DNA of 37,642 bases. It comes from a virus. Taxonomy: Duplodnaviria > Caudoviricetes. Each line of letters begins with the position of its first letter. The stretch's first letter is position 1. Shown here one piece after another: positions 34,444 through 37,642 of the stretch. The stretch is taken from positions 1-37,642 of IMG/VR virus record IMGVR_UViG_3300004112_000001. One strand, given 5' to 3'. Under the pieces are notes generated by a model that did no database searches, was not told the DNA's origin, and saw nothing but the letters and a program-made list of their open reading frames with translations. Position numbers and translations under genes: made by a program.

Positions 34444-34465
34444 TATATAAAAGCGTTTGTGTTAC
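34444..34465 (-). promoter_or_regulatory. Putative late promoter GTAAC-N17-ATG
   Basis: GTAAC ACAAACGCTTTTATATA ATG; no SD sequence. Confidence 0.65.
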
Positions 34466-35220
34466 TGGCCTAGAATGCCACTCAAGCCAGCAGCCCTGCG
34501 GAATAAAGCATCATTAAAAGGCGTACGACCAGCCTTCGTCAGAGCCTCGGCATTAGCCTTCAATACGCCCTTGCGATTACGCCAAGCGGAAATCGCATCC
34601 TTGTCAAGCAACTCATAAAGCTTGACTTTTTCCTCATCAGCAAGGCCCTCAATGACATTCTTAGTTTCAGCATCAAGACCCTTAGTGCTGAGAGACTCAC
34701 CCTCACGACCCTTCTTCTTATTAGGGGCAATAGTGCGCAAAAGATTCAACTGCTTATCAAACGAATCATAAGCCTTCTGAGTCTTCTTGCCAATAGGAGC
34801 AATATCAGGGTTATCCATATATGTCTCTAGCTGGCTAGGAAGACCAGCCTTAGACAACATGTCGCCACCATAACCGCTACTGCCCCCACCACGACTAGAG
34901 GAACTACCACCAATAGTTTCTTCCATAACTTTGTCAACAGCAGAATACAACGGGCCAGTCTCAAGATTGCCAAGATTCAAATCAGCAAGTTCCTGTTTGG
35001 CAGTAATAGGGTCATACTCTCCTGCAACAAGACCAGAGAAAATACGTGCAACATCCTCATTACTAGAGTTCATATACGCTCTAGCGAGAGGAGAAGAACC
35101 AGGCTGTGAACCTGCAGCGACCAAAGGATCAAATGTTCCTGTCAACTGTGCGACCTGTGGGTCGTACAACAGTTCAAGAATCTTCATTAAAGAATTTAAA
35201 TTACTAGTACGAGAAGCCAT
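34462..35220 (-). CDS. Putative internal virion protein
   Basis: Position in the ejection-protein cluster; TAATG overlap. Confidence 0.6.
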   Translation of the reverse strand: MASRTSNLNSLMKILELLYDPQVAQLTGTFDPLVAAGSQPGSSPLARAYMNSSNEDVARIFSGLVAGEYDPITAKQELADLNLGNLETGPLYSAVDKVMEETIGGSSSSRGGGSSGYGGDMLSKAGLPSQLETYMDNPDIAPIGKKTQKAYDSFDKQLNLLRTIAPNKKKGREGESLSTKGLDAETKNVIEGLADEEKVKLYELLDKDAISAWRNRKGVLKANAEALTKAGRTPFNDALFRRAAGLSGILGQ

Positions 35221-36134
35221 TAGTAAACCTTTCCACTACCAAGAATTGCTGCATACTGCTGCATCAAGTCATCAAGACTTGAAGCACGTTGCGCTTGAAT
35301 GCCTGCCTGCTGTGCAGCAGCATTCTGCGCATAGTTAGCCTCAAGCAACTTGTACAAGTCACCCATACCAGCCTGTCGCTGTGTTGCTGCCTCACGATTA
35401 GCAGAAACCATCTGACCTAAAGCATTTGGAGACACACCCTGAGATTCAAACAAAGCATTCAAACCAGGATCAACAGTTGACTCTTGAGCCTGAAGCCCAG
35501 CGTAAGGGTTTGTGGCAAAGGCTGAAGATATACCTGTACCTGCAGTATTGTATGCCTGGCTGATTTCATTCTTTGCGGAAGTCAAAGCCTTGCGCAAAGC
35601 AGCTCTGGAGATGGTTTGCTTTCCATCATCACTTCCTCCACCTCCACTGCCACCGCCAGCAGAAAGAAGACTCTTCAACAAAGAACCCAAGTTTCCAAGA
35701 GGACCATATGAATCAAGTTCAGTTTCACCAGGTCCGCTTTGCAAACCATACTTTTCCTGAAGCATTCCGTAAGCCTGCTGAGCAGAACCAATAGGTCCAT
35801 ATTTTCCTGGGCCTTGAGGAGTACCAGCAGTTGGACCCTTTGGTTGAATTGGATTACCTAAACCGTCACGAGCAACATTAGCTTGCTGACCCCTGCCAAG
35901 AACACCCTTAGGTAGCACAGCAGTAGAAGCCATGCCAATGCTTGGTTGTGGAGTAAAAGCAGAACCAAGAGGTCTAATAGCTGGTGTAGTTGCACTACCA
36001 ATAGCCCTCATCGTTGGAGTTGTTGCACTACCAATTGGGCGAACAGTTACACCTTTACCAGATCCACCAGAAGGTGCAGGAACCTGCACGTAGTCTTTCT
36101 TCTTACTGTCGTAAACCCAAACCATCTCAGCCAT
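35220..36134 (-). CDS. Putative internal virion (ejection) protein, Gly/Ala/Gln-rich
   Basis: SD GGAGG; three R.(I/L)GSA.TP repeats; helical C-terminus. Confidence 0.6.
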   Translation of the reverse strand: MAEMVWVYDSKKKDYVQVPAPSGGSGKGVTVRPIGSATTPTMRAIGSATTPAIRPLGSAFTPQPSIGMASTAVLPKGVLGRGQQANVARDGLGNPIQPKGPTAGTPQGPGKYGPIGSAQQAYGMLQEKYGLQSGPGETELDSYGPLGNLGSLLKSLLSAGGGSGGGGSDDGKQTISRAALRKALTSAKNEISQAYNTAGTGISSAFATNPYAGLQAQESTVDPGLNALFESQGVSPNALGQMVSANREAATQRQAGMGDLYKLLEANYAQNAAAQQAGIQAQRASSLDDLMQQYAAILGSGKVY

Positions 36135-36146
36135 AAAAACCTCCCG

Positions 36147-36578
36147 TTATAGGTACGGCTTAAAAGCCGATAAAGTCGCTGCACTCTGTGCAATCTGAAT
36201 CTGTTTCTGCATCTCAAGATCAGCAAGATCTTGAGCATGTTGAGAACGAAGTTCAGCTTCTTGCTGACGAAGTTCGTTCTCTCCCTCGTCAATTCCTTCT
36301 TGAACACCCTGCATGGACTTAAACTGTTGCTGACCAAAATCGGTCATACCACGCTGAAAAATGCCAGACTGAACTCCAGGCCCAGCCACGCCACGCTTGG
36401 TAAACGAACCAATAACCCCAGGGGTTTGACGCTCATACTGGTCCTTGACATCAGCCATTTGACGACTGCCACGTTGCTTATTCAGGAAACGGGCATAGGT
36501 GTTCGCAGCCAGCTTTGAAGCAAGCCCTGTGTTCAGGGCACTCTTCTTCTGTACGTAGGGGTAGTTATCTAATGCCAT
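36147..36578 (-). CDS. Putative internal virion protein
   Basis: KRGVAGPGVQSGI motif and coiled coil; first gene of the cluster. Confidence 0.6.
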   Translation of the reverse strand: MALDNYPYVQKKSALNTGLASKLAANTYARFLNKQRGSRQMADVKDQYERQTPGVIGSFTKRGVAGPGVQSGIFQRGMTDFGQQQFKSMQGVQEGIDEGENELRQQEAELRSQHAQDLADLEMQKQIQIAQSAATLSAFKPYL

Positions 36579-36582
36579 AGTT

Positions 36583-36605
36583 CACCTATAAAGCCTTTTC
36601 GTAAC
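36583..36605 (-). promoter_or_regulatory. Putative late promoter for the ejection-protein cluster
   Basis: GTTAC GAAAAGGCTTTATAGGT, then GAACT ATG. Confidence 0.55.
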
Positions 36606-37642
36606 GTTGGATAATCATTTTTTTGTTCTTAAACCCACGCAGTTGCGTATGAACATACGACAACTGCTTGGGGAAATAAATAAAGCAGTGGTCAATAACA
36701 GCAGGGTTATCTTCAATTTCCATACCCTCAGGAATTTGGTAGTAGTCCTTAAAACGAGCCACTCCCTTCTCCAGCTCCTGAACCTCTGCCGAGACAATCT
36801 CCTGAATATCCCATATATCAGGATTTAGCGACACAATAAAAGATAGGCAGCTAGCAGCCATTCTTCTGAACAGAATTGACGCAACATCATCAGAAAGAGG
36901 CAGGATGTCCATGTCTCTTACACGGGCAGTCTCTGACCCAGACAGGAATTTGCCCACCTGCATTGGTGTCAAGTTTTCAAGAACTTTAATCTCTTGTTCA
37001 GAGAACTTAAGTTCAGACGTAAACTTTTGAGCAGTAACCGCAGCTTCGTCTTTAGAATCAAAAGGTTGTTTTGCAAGAACAGACCATTCATAAATCAAAC
37101 GAAAACATTCTTGTAGCGTGCGACCAGTGACAGGAACAATACTGTTGTTTAGTTTTTCAACAGCAAGCTGTGTCTTTGTCTTGGATTCAAGATAGATAAG
37201 GTGTCCAACCCCGTTAATGTTTAAAATAGGTTCATAAAAAACAATTTCTTCAATATCGGTAATTACACGATCAACAGCTTCCCCAGCAAAAGGCCTTGGA
37301 CCATACATGCTTTGATCGCAACGCCAATCGCCGTTTTCAATAATTTGTGAACTACAGAAAATAAAAGTTCCAGTAGAAGCATCAATAGGTCTGTCATAAA
37401 TGTCAATAACATTCTCAACAGTATGAAGATTCAGAATCTGTGTTGCTCCATTAGCAAAGACCAACAAGTTATGTACAGGTATCTTCTGATACGGATGGAC
37501 CCATGCTGCAAGCAGGGATCCATCCTTCATTAGAAACACATCAATAAAGTCAACAGATTCATTTCCTGTTGGTGTCTGAACCCAAACATCAACCTCGGTA
37601 CTGTTCTTGGGAAGCTCATCAAGAAGAAAGAAAGCTTTATGT
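36586..37642 (-). CDS. 3' part of the 365-aa hypothetical protein spanning the junction (starts at 67)
   Basis: The frame stays open beyond 37539 to the contig end and joins 27-67. Confidence 0.85.
   Translation of the reverse strand, partial: HKAFFLLDELPKNSTEVDVWVQTPTGNESVDFIDVFLMKDGSLLAAWVHPYQKIPVHNLLVFANGATQILNLHTVENVIDIYDRPIDASTGTFIFCSSQIIENGDWRCDQSMYGPRPFAGEAVDRVITDIEEIVFYEPILNINGVGHLIYLESKTKTQLAVEKLNNSIVPVTGRTLQECFRLIYEWSVLAKQPFDSKDEAAVTAQKFTSELKFSEQEIKVLENLTPMQVGKFLSGSETARVRDMDILPLSDDVASILFRRMAASCLSFIVSLNPDIWDIQEIVSAEVQELEKGVARFKDYYQIPEGMEIEDNPAVIDHCFIYFPKQLSYVHTQLRGFKNKKMIIQRYEKAL
37617..37642. repeat. Terminal direct repeat, right copy
   Basis: Identical to 1-26. Confidence 0.95.

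Noticed and set aside
28339-35794. Many + strand ORFs opposite the late genes, and similar shadow ORFs elsewhere
   Set aside because: They are antisense shadows of biased codon usage, with no RBS or recognisable motifs.

Overview
Apparently complete circular phage contig: bases 1-26 equal bases 37617-37642, giving about 37.6 kb of unique sequence. It looks like a podovirus-type tailed phage, probably infecting an actinobacterium (inferred from an Rpf-type muralytic domain, AGAAAG-type ribosome-binding sites and apparently leaderless late genes). The minus-strand late arm runs terS, terL, holin-like genes, portal, scaffold, major capsid, a repeat-built basic protein, adaptor, nozzle and four fibre/spike genes, then crosses the contig junction to a 365-aa unknown, internal/ejection proteins including a 2083-aa protein, and an M15-like endolysin. 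The plus-strand arm has an early accessory region (GP88-like, DUF932, Rpf-like, many small Zn-binding ORFs) and a replication module (Cas4/RecB-like nuclease, DnaB-like helicase, AEP primase, RusA, a sigma-region-4/DUF1599 fusion). I recognised no DNA polymerase, RNA polymerase, integrase, tRNA or CRISPR array. The most striking unexplained structure is non-coding: (1) six co-oriented 22-bp palindromes AAAGTTTC-N6-GAAACTTT punctuating the early genes, the first overlapping the start of a ParB-HTH-like gene that may begin at ATT; (2) two covarying long hairpins next to them; (3) a GTWAC-N17-ATG late-promoter motif; (4) two GGGGGACTAYAGGGGG G-quadruplex-capable elements. All family assignments come from motif recognition by eye, not from database searches.
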